Assembly: GCF_001194135.2 (NCBI RefSeq)
Contig: NC_068984.1
Coordinates: forward strand, 104,069,991-104,133,990
Source of the DNA: Octopus bimaculoides
Taxonomy: Eukaryota
Direction of reading: 5' to 3'
Length of the DNA stretch: 64,000 nucleotides
Shown here: one piece after another, positions 10,750-25,037 of the stretch
Layout: each line of letters starts with the position of its first letter
Position numbering within the stretch: position 1 is the stretch's first letter
Notes under the pieces: generated by a model
Databases searched by the model: none
Seen by the model: the letters and a program-made list of their open reading frames with translations, nothing else
Told to the model about the DNA's origin: nothing
Translations under genes and position numbers: made by a program

Positions 10750-12436
10750 ACATGTAGATATATATCTATCCTTCCATCTCTAATCTCATAGGATTGCTTT
10801 GTCCTTCAAGTGTCTCTCTCATTACCTCTCCCTCCCTCTTCTCTCTCTCTCTCTCAACCTACTTGCACTCCCCCTTCACACACTACTCCCAATCTTCTCT
10901 CCTTTCTATCCCTTCATATTCACTAAATCTCCATTGAATGTAACTGGAAAATGCTTATACCTGGTATGTAGGCATTTTCCAGATGGAGGCGAGGGGCACA
11001 GGTATTATAGTATATACTATAGAGGCACCTTGAAGGTTACCTACTCTTATTGCAAAAACTTGCTTTGTTAGCTCATCAGCAGAATGTGAAAAGACTCAGA
11101 AGCAAATGAAAATTAACAAGAGCCTCTGCATAACTGCAATGACCCCCAACAACCTAATACCCATTTAATGGCATTTTCTTGGACAAAGGAATAGTGTGTG
11201 TATAGGGCTAAAATCCATATTCCCTTTATACAGAACTTATACCAAGGTAACAAAAAACCTGTTTCATGTTGAGATTTTACCCACAAAAGAATTCATGGAC
11301 CTTGAATCTGTCTCACTTTTGAATTCCTTTCAAGGCCTCTGGTCAATTTTGGAAAGAGCATGCCCAACCAGATATGGCTTTTACTGTCATTCCATCTAAT
11401 GTATGCTGTGTTTGAGTGGCATTAAACTGAAAATCTGTTATTATTTAACTGTTGCAAGCATTCTTTGAAGTTTTTGATTATATGCACTGCTATTCACATT
11501 TCTCATCTATTGTTGTTATTGTTATTTGGAACATGTTGAAACTCTCTTACACTTTTTCCAAACTCTTAATTTTTTTTTTTTTTTTTTTGTCATATTAGAT
11601 CTTTATACAATTCAATAACTTTTGCATAACTTTTCTATTGCTCTCAGTTTATGTTTTACATAGGCCTATTACAAAAAGTATTATATAAGATCATTTCTTC
11701 TGTTTTGAATTCTTTTTCCATGCATTTTCTTATGCACTTCCTCACCATCTTAAATCATGTTTATTTGTTGACTTTGACTAGTTTTTGTGTCTGTGCATTT
11801 GTTTTCTTTTTATTAAACTCAACCAAAAATATGCTTTTCACTCACTACACCAGATTTCCCCACCAACCTCCTTCTCTGCACTTCTATTCACACATTCCTC
11901 TCACCATTCGTATGGTGTAGCTCTCTACTCTGTACACTCCTTCCTTACGTATATATATTTCTCTATCTGTTTCTTTAACCAAGGTCATGTATGTAGTATG
12001 TTTGTGTTGCATTTTATGCAGAACAGTGGAAACTTTATGTACACACATAATTTTAGGTTTCAGTCAGTCTCCCCTCCCTCGCTTTTCTTCTTTCTTCTTT
12101 TCCCTACAAAATTCTCTTTTACCCTCTCTTTCTCTGTCTCAATACCCTCCCTTTTGACAAATTTAATTATTTGCTCTTGTTTTCATCTTATTGTGACTTC
12201 ACCTTATTTCATTCATTTGTTCATTAGTTTTATTTTTGCACTTGTTTTTCCATGCTAGCATTTACCCTTCCCTGTTTTATCAGTTACGGATATCTTAATC
12301 CACCTATCTTTAAAGCCACAAAGCCAGCAGATGACCTATTGACAGGGGAAATGACAGATGTACTGCCTGCAGCTGAGCAATTTGGGGGAAAGTGCTACTG
12401 TGAACAAACACACTGGCGCACATGTAGTTATATGTA

Positions 12437-12780
12437 CAAATGGCTTCTTTCAGTTTGCATCTACCAAATCCACACACAAAACTTTGATTGACCCAAGGCT
12501 ATTGTAGAAGACACTTGCCCAAGATGCTGTGCATTGTAACTGAACCCTAAACCACATGGTTGAGAAGTGCACTTCTGCACTACATAGACATAACTGTATT
12601 CCTCTGTTAAAACTACACGCATAATGGTCTTCTTTCAGTTTCGGTGTACCAAATCCTCTCAATGCTTTGTTTGGCCTAAAATCCTAGTAAAGGACACTTG
12701 CCCAAAATGCCTTACAGTGGGACTGAACCTGAAACCATATGGTTGCAAAGCAAATTTCTTCAACATATAATCTTGCCTCT
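12437..12780 (-). mobile_element. Two tandem tRNA-derived SINEs (family B)
   Basis: Repeated ctttcagttt..taccaaatcc...agaagacacttgcccaa...gtgggactgaacc..aaaccat.tggttg; further copies near 17575-17750, 19590-19720 (-) and 35720-35830, 48640-48750, 58990-59080 (+). Confidence 0.75.
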
Positions 12781-12999
12781 GTTGGTCCAGTAGCCTGTTA
12801 CTCTGGGATTTGCACAACACGCAGTACCTTCTACAGCCAAGTCAGACTGGATGGAAAGATACATCACACCATAACAATAGCAAAAACAGTGTGGAAAGAA
12901 AAATATGCATACAGATAGTAATTCAACAGCACCCCATCTTTACAGCAGTAAAAATAAATCATAAAAGTGGTGAAATTAATAAAAATAACAGCAGCAGTT

Positions 13000-13052
<53 letters not shown>
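13000..13052. repeat. (GTA)n microsatellite
   Basis: About 17 perfect GTA units; source of the poly-S/V/L pseudo-ORFs. Confidence 0.97.
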
Positions 13053-13053
<1 letters not shown>

Positions 13054-14977
13054 AAACTCTTGAAACTAGAAAGCTATGATACAAATAGAAAAACATTACC
13101 CAGAAAGTGTATTCAAAGTACTGAGAGATTTCAAGATAGGATGTCATTTCATTGGCTAGAGAAAAGAGTGTTAAATTAAGAGGCTGGGTGTTTGAGACAA
13201 GCTGTTCAGGATCAAGCAATCTAGTGAAGTTTAGTGATGGTGTTGGTGCTTCATGAAGTCATAACTCCCTGCTAGGGAACTTGGCCTTAATGCTTGTAAT
13301 AGAGCAAACTTCACTAAAGAGCAAGACAGTGATATTAAATTAGGTGGCATGATGTACTTCTCTGAAACAACTGCATTTTGAGAGTAATGTAGTGAAAAGT
13401 GGCCTGAAAGGAAAATAGACTGCATTAACAGAAGTGAACTGACAGTATCTTTTGAAAGTGTCATGTTGTTTGGTTGATTGTTTAACAATGGGGCATTGTT
13501 TTTTTGCAGGGTGGGGTATGTCGAACTATATTGTCTAATGTATTTTCTACCTTCCTTAAGACAGCAGAATTTCTTATTAAGGAGATTTGGCTGCTATTTG
13601 TAGCTGGTCAAGCAATACTCTAGAGATTACCTCAATTTATAGGTGTAATGTAGATTTGAATGCATTGAGATAGTAACTTGTTATCAGAGACATTGTTTTG
13701 TACATGTATCAAAATCTAGTAGCTATGTGAGGGGAAAAATGGTGGTAAGTGTAGAGATTTATAGTTAAAGTCTGCAAATTAGGTAGATTTGACATTAGGA
13801 AAAATTAATCTCCTTATATATGTAGGAATAAGATATACTTTTGAGTAAAACTCTTCAATATGTACTAGCATGGCATGCATTAAAGATATCTAAGAAAAAT
13901 TCTAGTTGAAAATTTTAACTACAGATCAGTTTCCGTCATACTTGGCATTCTGCTTCATTTCACTTACATATACTGTTCACAGTGGCAAGGCAAATGTTCA
14001 TGTTGAATTCGTTTTGTTATGTAGCCAAATAATAGATGCTTTGTCAAAGGATAGTTCTAAAGAGAAAGAAAATATTTTAAAAAGCCATGGATACTGATGG
14101 CAATTTTGAATTAAGTTCTTGAAATAACCAAAGTTCTTTCATACTACCAGGATATATAGACATAATGATCTCATGAGTGAGTTCTTATCAGAAATCTAAC
14201 TTAATTGATTAAAAAGATCATATTACATTATTATATTGTATTAACCTGCTCACATTTGTAAATGCCATTTCATTAAAGATAGTGTCAGTATACTTAGATT
14301 AAATTTGTTATTGACTAAATACAGTTAAAAGACTTGCACTCAAGGTTACAAATACTATGACAAGTAACAAAGTAGATTAAACTGATTTGTAATTTAAATC
14401 TCTGATGTTTCTACTTAGAGAGAAATATCTATTACATTATAATGTGTCATCTTCAAGAATGTATATTTCATAATTTAAATATTCATTATACATGATTCAT
14501 CATCATTGTTTAACATCCGCCTTCCATACTGGCATGGTACACAATTCCAGACATTAATGCCATCATGAAAAATGTACTTGAAAAATAATTTTCCAACATT
14601 TCTACTTAACATTCAAATGTCCATCATCCAGTTATATCTTGTTCCATTTTTTTCAATAAGTTTAATTGTTGCTTTGATTACTATCAGAAAAAGTTTTTAG
14701 ACAGGTTGATGGAATGTGTGTAATCTATGATAGAAAACAGGATCCTGATACACACTTCAAAGTAATTTTTACTCTAACATCATCGACATCTAGAAATAGT
14801 TGGAAAACTATACTTTTCATATATTATACTGACTTGTTTTCATGAGTATTTTATAAATAGTTATGTATTCTGTACAGGAAAAAATAATGAACCTGTCTGC
14901 AGTTTTAAAATTTTCACTCAAACATTAAATTTTCTTTCAGATTTTAGAGGGGTAATAACCTCTTGGCAGGAGTCAAA

Positions 14978-15105
14978 ATGGCTTTTCTTCATAAAGGCAT
15001 ATCTCGACTTCAAGCCGAAAAGCGTCTATTACAAAACAAAGAGGATGGAAGTTTTCTTATACGAGAAAGTGAGACTGTACCAGGAGCCTATGTGCTTTGT
15101 CTTCT
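14978..15105 (+). CDS. INPPL1: SHIP coding exon 1 (SH2 N-half)
   Basis: MAFLHKGISRLQAEKRLLQNKEDGSFLIRESETVPGAYVLCL; donor GTAAG at 15106; upstream acceptor ttttctttcag ends at 14940, so the exon includes 5'UTR and an earlier exon exists. Confidence 0.93.
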
Positions 15106-18100
15106 GTAAGCATTTCATTTACATTACATTATTTTCTCATCCTTGATCCCTACTGATTGAAATGATTTTCTTGTCATCTATCTATACTATATATAAAACA
15201 GAGATGTGTGTGTAATCGCTTTTCACGTGAAATCGACTTAACCAAATGCTTCCATACTTGTAATGCATGAATAATTTGACCTCGGATAAATCTTAGGCTC
15301 TTCATTTGATTTTTTTAATTAAAAATAAATAATATTGCTTTATATTTAAGATTCACTTCTTTAAAAAGGTTCCTCAATGTCAACTTCCGGTATTGACGTA
15401 ACAACCGCAAAAAGCTTCACTCTATTTTGTGTGTGAGTGTGTATGAGAGAGAGAGAGAGGGAGAGTAAATACTACATACACACCGCTCTCTTACTCTGTC
15501 TCACACACATACACACGCACACACACACCCCTTGACTCACTCACACTCTGTCTCTTACAAACACACACATACATAAATGTATACAAACATATTTACAAAG
15601 ACACGTGTGTATGCGCGCGCGTGCGTGTTTGTAAGACACAGAGTGTGAGTGAGTCAAGGGCTGTGTTGTCATATGCATACATCCAAAAGTGTATGTATAT
15701 TTATGCATGTACGTATACATGACAACAAACCTCTCTCTCTCACTCACAATCTGTCTCTTACAAACACACACATACATAAATGTATACAAACATATTTACA
15801 AAGACACACGNNNNNNNNNNNNNNNNNNNNNNNNNNNNNNNNNNNNNNNNNNNNNNNNNNNNNNNNNNNNNNNNNNNNNNNNNNNNNNNNNNNNNNNNNN
15901 NNNNNNNNNNNNNNNNNNNNNNNNNNNNNNNNNNNNNNNNNNNNNNNGTGCGTGCGTGGGGGGTTCCACAATCGCCATTTATTTCAATTACTCTTGTGAG
16001 GATATTCACGTAAATCATTTTTTTCATTTAATCCCCATTTTAATTTTCGTAAAAGTTTCCAAGTACCAATGAGGCTTTTTGGCACATTTTCAATTTTCCC
16101 CATTCATGAGAGGCGCCCAGCCATCATTCATCTGAGAGTCCATCTACAGAATGTCCTCCCAAATTTCTATACAGCATATTTTGCCTTTTTTTCTTCAAGT
16201 ATATAAGCAACAATTTCATTCCCGAGCAACGCCGGGTGCCTCTGCTAGTATTTCATAAAAAAATATAATAAACTGTGTACATAATTCAATGTTTCAAAAC
16301 AATATGCGCCTCTTTTCAAATGTGTTCTTTTACTTTTTATTTATTGTAAGGAAAGGCTAAATCCAAAAGCATGAACCCCACAATTATATCAAACCTTTGA
16401 TAAGGTTCACTTTGAAATTAAACAATTCAAATTATAAGAAAAGTAAAATGATAAGATGGGTAAAGAAATTTGTGTTAAAATTTGAAATATGAATTACATT
16501 AGGTAACTTTATCAATAGCATTGGTTAATCACGTTGATTGCATTTATATTATTTGAAAGTTTTAGGCAAAAATTGCAGTGACTTTCAAAATATTTACTTT
16601 TGAACTTGTGACTTATACGTCAAAAATTTAATCACAGGATCACTATGCCTAGTAACTTCAATTTCAAACAAATGAAATCTAAGAAACTTACTAATTACAG
16701 AATATTTTCAAAAAAAATAAGGCTTCTATTAGTTGCTGTTATTGTTGTTGTGACTGGCTATGGATTGTTACACTTAGGTGAACTCCATAATATGTGACTG
16801 TTTTGTCCGGAGTATTAGGATCTCACTTTTAACTCTGCAAATCTGATTATTTATTTTCCAGATAGAAAATAAAGAATTCAGATGGATTACTTGAAGGGAT
16901 CCACATTGGCATTTTTTAGTTATTAATTGTTTGCTGGGTATTCACAATGTCAGTGAGATTATTTACCCAAAGTTAGAAAGAAATAGAGTTACATTGTTAC
17001 TGCTTCTATCAAGAATAATTTCTTATGAAGAAAAAATTTCTTCATTTTACGGATATCCACCTATCTTTAAAGCCACAAAGCCAGCAGATGACCTTGTACT
17101 GTATCAAATAGCAAAACTTACAAGCCATTCAAATAGTCAATCGTTTTCACACCTTATTTGTTCAAATTGTTAGTGCATGTCATTGACACCAATCTAATTT
17201 TAAAATAATTTTTTATGAAATGTTTTCAGTGAAACACTTTCATTCTTGAGTTTTCTCTTCTTTTGTGAGACCTACCCAAATCCTTTGTTGAGGATTTCTC
17301 TCTCTAATATAAGTAACTGTATGCAGCTCTGCTATTACTTCCAATTACTATACTTTAATTTGAACATTTTGCAGTGCTACTTAAAGTAACAGAAAGTAAT
17401 TTTGACTTTTAGTAAGTCATCTGAGCAGATTGTAGATTTCATTTCATATTCTTATTAGAAATGTGACAAGGCAGTGTCTGTAAATCAGTGCTTAAAAAGC
17501 ACTAATTTTTGTGTTTCCTTATGTTTAAATTTTTCATTAATAAGCACCTTTTGTAGATATTTATTAATAAAAATACACACACACGTGACAGGCTTTAGCA
17601 TAGTTTCTGCTATGAGATTCCATCCATGAGCTATTGGTAAACTGGAGGCTATGATAGAAGACACATACCCAAAGTTCTGCAAAGAGGGCTGATGGAATTT
17701 GAAACCATGTGGCTGCAGAGCAACCTTCTTAACTATAGGGCTATGTCTACACTCATAATTAGTATTAAGTATTCTTGAGCATTTAGAACTCTAGAATACT
17801 CAGTGCTTATTAGTCTTCTAAGAAATCTCACTGCACACTTTGTAGACTCATTGCTTATACTGAGTGCAATGAGCTAATCTTTGTGATACTCAGCTTGTAA
17901 GAAATAACACCCTCAAACTATAGCTTACTGTCTTAGGAAAAAGAACAATCATAATGAATAATATATAGGATAGGATTCTCATAGTTGGTGTACCTTGGAT
18001 TTGCTCAATCAGGGTTCCTTAGGAATAAACAAAAACAACAGTATAGAGTACTTATCACTGTATTTCTTATATATTAAGTAAGTCATTTCCCAAATGGTAT

Positions 18101-21100
18101 TGACTTTTTGTACTTTCTGTTAACTAGTACTTTGATTTTTTTTCATAACTTTGACATAATGAACTTGGCTTTTCTTCTCAGTTTAGTACATTTTCTTTAG
18201 TTGTAGTGATATATAAAGGTTTCCAAAAATAGCACTGAACTCCTGTTACAGTATATCAAGTATTACAGAGAAAAATGACAGGTGCAAAGCTTTGCAGTAT
18301 GCTTACCTGTTCATTAAATTTATTATTGAACCCATTGCTGGTCTCATGAGTCATTCATCTGCATTTAACCTTTTTATTACTTTATCATAGATTATCATTT
18401 GTGCACTTATCAAAAAAGTGAAATGGCATTGCATACTTGATTTCACCTCCATTGCCAGAGGGTAAGTGCCAGTCCAATACTGGGGTCAATGTAATTGACT
18501 TTCCCTCCCCTTAAAAACTGTTGGCCCTGTGTCAGAACTTTAAACCATTATCTTACTATTGGTTAACTACATCTTCAGGTATTCTGTACAGTTTTAAACT
18601 ATAAAAATAACGAGAATAATTATTATTTGCTCTTTCACAATACTTCAAAAAACCTAAATATGTTCCATCTATCTCTGTTACATGCAATTTCATTATTTAA
18701 GAGAATGAATAGTTTTATCCCTCTGTTATCTTACTTACTTCAGCCTGTGTAGCTCCCTAAGGGAGTAGGCTTTATTTTATTCATACTCTGTATCCTTGTG
18801 ATAGAGTCATGTATCTTTCTAAAATGAGATGCATCTCTATCATTCTTCAATAACACCATGAAATATTCAGACATTCTTATTTCATTATTTGCAACAAATC
18901 AGTTCTCTTATTCTCTCAAAGTGAACAGATGTTGGTAATCAATGGGTGTCACTGTGGCTGTGTCATTAAGACATTCATTTCATAACTGTGATTTCAGGCT
19001 TGATTCTATTGCAAAACTTCTTGTGCAAGGGTCTTCTGCCATAGCCTTAGGTTGACTGAAGTTTTACAGGGGAAGTTTTAGCAGATGGAAACTGTGTGGA
19101 AATTTATTGGATGGGCTATGTCTGTTCTTGGAAGGTAGAGTTAATCCATTGACTAGTTTAACACTACCACCTGGTTCGTAGGTGCCTTTACCAGAGCTTG
19201 TTGTGTTGCAAGTATTAGGTCAGGTCTCAGAGCAGAGAATAACTTCATCCCTTCCATCTCAGAGAACTCCAAATGAGTCATGCACATTGCTCTTTCTCCC
19301 CTCACTTCATCTGTTCAGTGAACATCCCATTTTTCCCTGCTAGCATAGGTTGATTAGGATGTATTTAGGACAGAATTTTACAGCTAGATGCACTTCCTCT
19401 TGCCAAGCCATACCTGTTTTACAGGTAAAGAGTTTCTTATTCCATGGATTTTCAAAAACACAACAGTTGGTCATAATATCAACAAAGGATGTAAACATAT
19501 CACTGTCTCACCAAGTAAACTTGTGGAATGTTATCATTCATGCACATGCCACAAAGTCACATACATACAAATACACATATACAGCAGGCTTCCTTTAGTT
19601 TCCCCTCTATCAATTTCATTTACAAGGCATTGGTTAGCTTGAGACTCATAGAAGACACTTGCCATGCAGTGGGACTGAATCTGTAACCACATGGTTGTAA
19701 ATTTCTTAACCACACAGGCCTCACTTTTTAGTTAGAACTGATACCAAGTGTTTAGCCTAGCTTCTACATATTGTTACCAGTTGTTCACTTTTTTTCTAAC
19801 CTTCCAAGGTCATCTTTTCTGCTTAAGAACTCTGCAAAATTTATCCTAGCTTGCTGTTCAATTACACCTAAGAAGATTTAATTTTGATTCTATGAAAATA
19901 ACCTGGAATTTCTTCCCAGTATGGCAATACAATCATACAATTCACTCAACTTTCTGGGACTTCAGTGTTGAATACTCATGTCCATAAGTTTTCTTTTGGA
20001 TTTAAATCCATTAGTTATTCTGGCCATTATGGCACTCAGATTTTCTGGCTTTTGACAAATTCCTAGACTATTCCTGTGATGTGTTTTGGATTGTTGTTAC
20101 TTCTAGCAAATAGAAACCTAGTCTTCACCAAGATCTCTTCTTTTTCTGGTATATGTTGGTGTAACCATGACATTGGCACCATCATGCTTAACTGTCACAT
20201 TCATGTACTCTGTGTGACATCAGATGTACATTCAGCTGTCAAAATCAAAGATGTTAAATTTTGCCTCGTTTAGCCAATATGATTGACATCCATTTTTTAT
20301 GCTCCCAAGCAACTGACAGCAAACATTTCAGTTTTTCTTTTTTTAAATTAGGTTGTTTTTTTTTTCTTTATACTCAACACTTCTCACAAACCAGAAATTA
20401 CTTTAGTCAGTTTTAGCTGGAAGTAACATAATGTCAATGGTGTCACTTCCTGTTCTTCAGTTTCAAATGATAAATGCATTTTTCCATCCTTTCAGTTATT
20501 TTTCCTTGCTGCTTTGAATGAGGATGGTCAGAAGAGCCAGCCTTTAAACTAAGTGATGCCTTTCAGTATACTGGACAAACTAATGTAATTGATATCACTA
20601 ACCTAAACATTTTTACATTGTTGAAAACTAAGATACAAGTTCAGAATATAACCAATTTGCAGTTTTTAGAAGCATATTCATCTATAAAATATGTTTAAAT
20701 AGGAGATGTAAGTGAAACTGTTAAAGTACATTGTATACTTTTATTTTGATTGTAGTTGTCAAGGACGTGTTCACAAATATCGAATCCTCCCTGATTTGGA
20801 TGGCAAACTTTCTGTTCAAGTAAGATTCATACTTGCTTTACATTGATTTCTAATTTTTTAAAAATTTATTAAAATATTAATTACTTGCCAAAAAGTATTA
20901 ACAAACCTTTACAGACTTATATTGCTTGTTATATCGTACTTAAACTATACATTATATACACTGTGTGTGTATAACATATATGTTAAGTTGAATTGTCTCA
21001 GTCAGCTGACTGCATTGATCATTAGAGTATATGAAACATACTATTATGGTTTCAAAATTAATTTATATCTTGTAACCTTGTACATTATTTTCTTGAAAGT

Positions 21101-24100
21101 ATTCATGCAAATGCAACTAAAAATAAACCGTATTTTTGTGGTAATCTATCACTATGAAGTGATGCAGTAAGTTTTTAGAAACAAAGCATTGTTCAGTTCT
21201 TATGATCTATTATTATGAAGTGCTTGCCCCCAATGAGAGGCTAAAACATTCTCTATGCTGTTATTGTTGTTATTATTATTATCTTTATTATTGTCATCAT
21301 CATCATTATTATTATTATCTTGATTGTCCCTAGAGACCCTCCTGTAAGAAGAGGACTACATCACTATTATGTTGTTTTTTTTTACCTTTGTATACTATGC
21401 AAACTTCCTTTCATGTTTATGGTATACCATGTATACTTCTTTTTTTTATTTTATCATTTCATTATATGTAGACCCCCACACTTTATGTCTGTTTTTGTAT
21501 TGTGCCCGGACTTCATCCTTTGCCCTGGTGGCAAATAAAAGAAATCATCATCATTATTATTAAGGTGGCAAGCTGACAGAATCATTAGCACGCTAGGCAA
21601 AATATTTAGCAGCATTTTGTTTATCTGTACGTTCTGAGTTCAGATTCCACCTAGGTCAACACTGCCTTTCATCTTTTCAGGGTCAATAAAATAAGAACCA
21701 GTTGAGCACTGGGGTTAATATAATTGACTTGTCCCCCTCTCTGAAATTGCTGGCCTGAAATTTGAAACCATTATTATTGTCATCATCATCATCATTAAAG
21801 CAGCCAGCTAGCAGAATTGTTACCAGTACTGGGTAAAGTGCTTAGCAGCATTTTATCTGTCTTTACATTATGAGTTCAAATTCCACTGCGGTCAGCTTTG
21901 CCTTTCATCCTTTCAGGGCCAGAACAATAAGTACTAGTTGAACACTGGGGTCAATGTAATTGACTTACCCCTCCCTCAAAATTTCTGGCCTTGTGCCAAA
22001 ATTTGAAACCACCATTATTGTTACTTGCAGAACTCGTGAATATTTCACGGAATTAATAGTAAAGCTATTGGGTTATTCCTGAAAACTTTTATCCAAAATG
22101 CCTGAAAGCTTAGCCTGTGTTGTATCTGTATCAAAAGATAGTTGCTCATCTGCTATTCATTGAAAGTTGAAGGAAATTGGAAAATGATCATTACTTAATG
22201 CACTTTATATATATACGTTATATACTTTATGCACAATTTTAAAGACTCAATACACAGCGTTCATAAAGTAAATATACACTCTTATTTTTCCATTTTTTCC
22301 CCATAAACAGAAAAAATTACCTAGAAAACAAAACATTTATAGTTAAAAAATATTATTTGATATGTAAAATATAGGAGTCACAATTTCACAGGGGTAAAAA
22401 TTTAGTACAACATGGCATACTCTGAAAACCATATCATTGGCAACTTATAAGCCAAGGTGATGGGTCAGAGCCGATACAAATTTCAATTTATGTACACCTT
22501 CCAATCCAATACTTCTTTGTGTAAGTTCTCCCTCTTCTTTTCTCTTGTCTGTCAGTGTTCATAACTTTCACTCTCACATCAGATAATTTGCGAGCCCTTG
22601 AGAATGCAACATATAGCTGATCATGGCCAAATACAGGTTCAGGCAAAAACAGCCTCACTTTATCAAATGTCTGCCCTGTGATTTATTGATAGTAATTGTG
22701 GGCTGGTTTCTTTCTAAAGTGAATAGCAGGTTTGGGATATGCATGTTAAGTGATAAGTGATATTAAAAAATGTTCCTAACTCTCCTCTATATAAGTACCT
22801 TCAACTAACTTTTTTAACCACGTAATAAATATTACGTTCCATCTTCCACATGTCAGTGACACTACTCTCCCTCTCTTTCTTTCTTTCTTTCTCTTTCTAC
22901 CTCACTCTTCACCTTATCCTCTTTTACTCTCTCCTTTTTCTTTCTCTTGTTCTCTCTTTCCCTTCAACTAATCACATGAAAGCACTACAATTACATTCCC
23001 TCTACTTCACATCATGGATGTTTCTCTTACCCTCTTTTCTTTCTCTCTCTTTTCTTCTCTAATCACGTGAAAGTGTTACTGATGGGCTAAGTAACGTAAT
23101 GACAAGCAGAATTATTATAAGATTATTATTATTGTCATCATCATCATCATCATCATTATTATTGTTATTAAGGTGGCAAGCTGGCAGAATCGTTAGCGTG
23201 CTGGGCCAATTGCTTAACAGCATTTCATCCATCTTTATGCTCTGAGTTAAAATTCTGCTGAAGTCAACTTTGCCTTTCATCTTTTCGGGGTTGATAAATT
23301 AAGTACCAGTGTAACACTCCCCCAAAATTTCAGACATTGTGCTTACAGTAGAAAGGATTATTATTATTATCGTCATCATCATCTTGATTATCTCTAGAGG
23401 TCCTTGTGTATCGGGAAGACTACGTCACTATCATCCTTTTTTTATGAAAGTGGCCAGTTAGCAGAATCATTAGTACACTATACAAAATGCTTAGCAGCAT
23501 TTTGTTTGTCTTTACATTCTGAGTTCAAATTCCACCAAGATCAACATTGCTTTCATCCTTTCAGGGTCAATAAAATAAGCATCAGTTGAAAACCTGGGTT
23601 AATGTAATCGATTTAATCCCTCCCCTAAAATTGCTGGCCTTGCACCAAAACTTGAAACCTCCTTTATTGTTATTATTATTATCATTGTCATCATCATCAT
23701 TATTCTTATTAAGGCATCCAGCTGGCAGAATCATTAGCATGCTGACAAAAATGCTTAGCAGCATCTTGTCCCTCCTTATGTTCTGAGCTCAAATTCCACC
23801 AAGGTCAACTTTGTCTTTCATCCTTTTGGGGTCAATAAAATAAGAACCAGTTGAGCACTGGGGTTGATGTAATTGACTTGCTCCTTCTCAACAAAATTGC
23901 TGGCCTTATGCCAAAATTTGAAACCATTAATATTGTCATCACTATTATTAAGGTGGGCCATTTGACAGAATCATTAGCATGCTAGGCAAAATGCTTAGCG
24001 GCATTCTGTCTGTCTTTATGTTCTGAGTTCAAATTCCACTGAGGTCAACTTTGCCTTTCATCCTTTTGGGAGTCAATAAAATCAGTACCAGTTGAACACT

Positions 24101-24729
24101 GGGGTCAATGTAATCAACTTGCCTCTTCCCCAAAATTTCTGACCTTGTACCAAAATTTGAAACCATTATTGTTATTATCGCTGTCATTACCATCATCAGC
24201 AGTAGCATGATTAAGGCAGTGAGCTGGCAGAATTATTAGCATAGTGGGCAAAATGCTTAGCAGTATTTCATCCATTTTTACATTCAGAGCTCAAATTCCA
24301 CCAAGGTCAACTTTGCCTTTCAGTCTTTCAGGGTCAATAAAATAAGTTCCAGTTGAGTACTAGGATCAATGTAATCAACTTACCCACTCCCTTGAAATCA
24401 TTAGTCTTGTGCTAAAATTTGAAACCATTATTATTATTGTTATTATGAGTTCAAATTCTGCCATGGTCAACTTTACCTTTTACACTCTTGGGGGTTGATA
24501 AAATAAGTGCAAGTTGAACACTGGGGTCAATGTAATCGGTTTAACTCCTCCGCCAAAATTGCTGGCTTGTACCAAAATTTCGAACCATTATTATTATTAT
24601 TATTTTTTCTTCCTCTGTTTAGACAAACTTTCCTACCTTTTCGGACAAAACCTTTTGTAACCTTCGTCCTGTCTTTGCCCTTATATGTTTTTAATTGATA
24701 TTAGCCCTTGTGGCCAATAAAACAAATTA

Positions 24730-24761
<32 letters not shown>

Positions 24762-24983
24762 GAGTTCAAATTGTCATCATAATTATAATCATTATTAAGG
24801 CAGCCAGCTGGCAGAATCATAAGCACACCAGGCAAAATGCTTAGCGGCATTTTGTCTGTCCTGAGTTAAAATTCCTTTCATCCTTTCGGGGTCAATAAAA
24901 TAAGTACCAATTATGCACTAGGGTTGATGTAACTGACTTACTCTCCCCCAAAATTGCTGGTCTTGAGCTAAAATTGGAAATCA

Positions 24984-25037
<54 letters not shown>

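Noticed and set aside
12252-12491. ORF ...NPPIFKATKPADDLL... as a separate gene
   Set aside because: No recognisable domain, no good donor, and its 3' part runs into a SINE; kept only as the duplicated-segment finding.
1-14900. A second host gene upstream of SHIP
   Set aside because: No chain of exons with compatible phases or non-TE protein similarity found on either strand.
21561-24982. Regular repeat array resembling CRISPR or a tRNA gene cluster
   Set aside because: Units are ~215-bp diverged SINEs with microsatellite linkers in a eukaryotic intron; no unique spacers, cas genes or cloverleaf structure.
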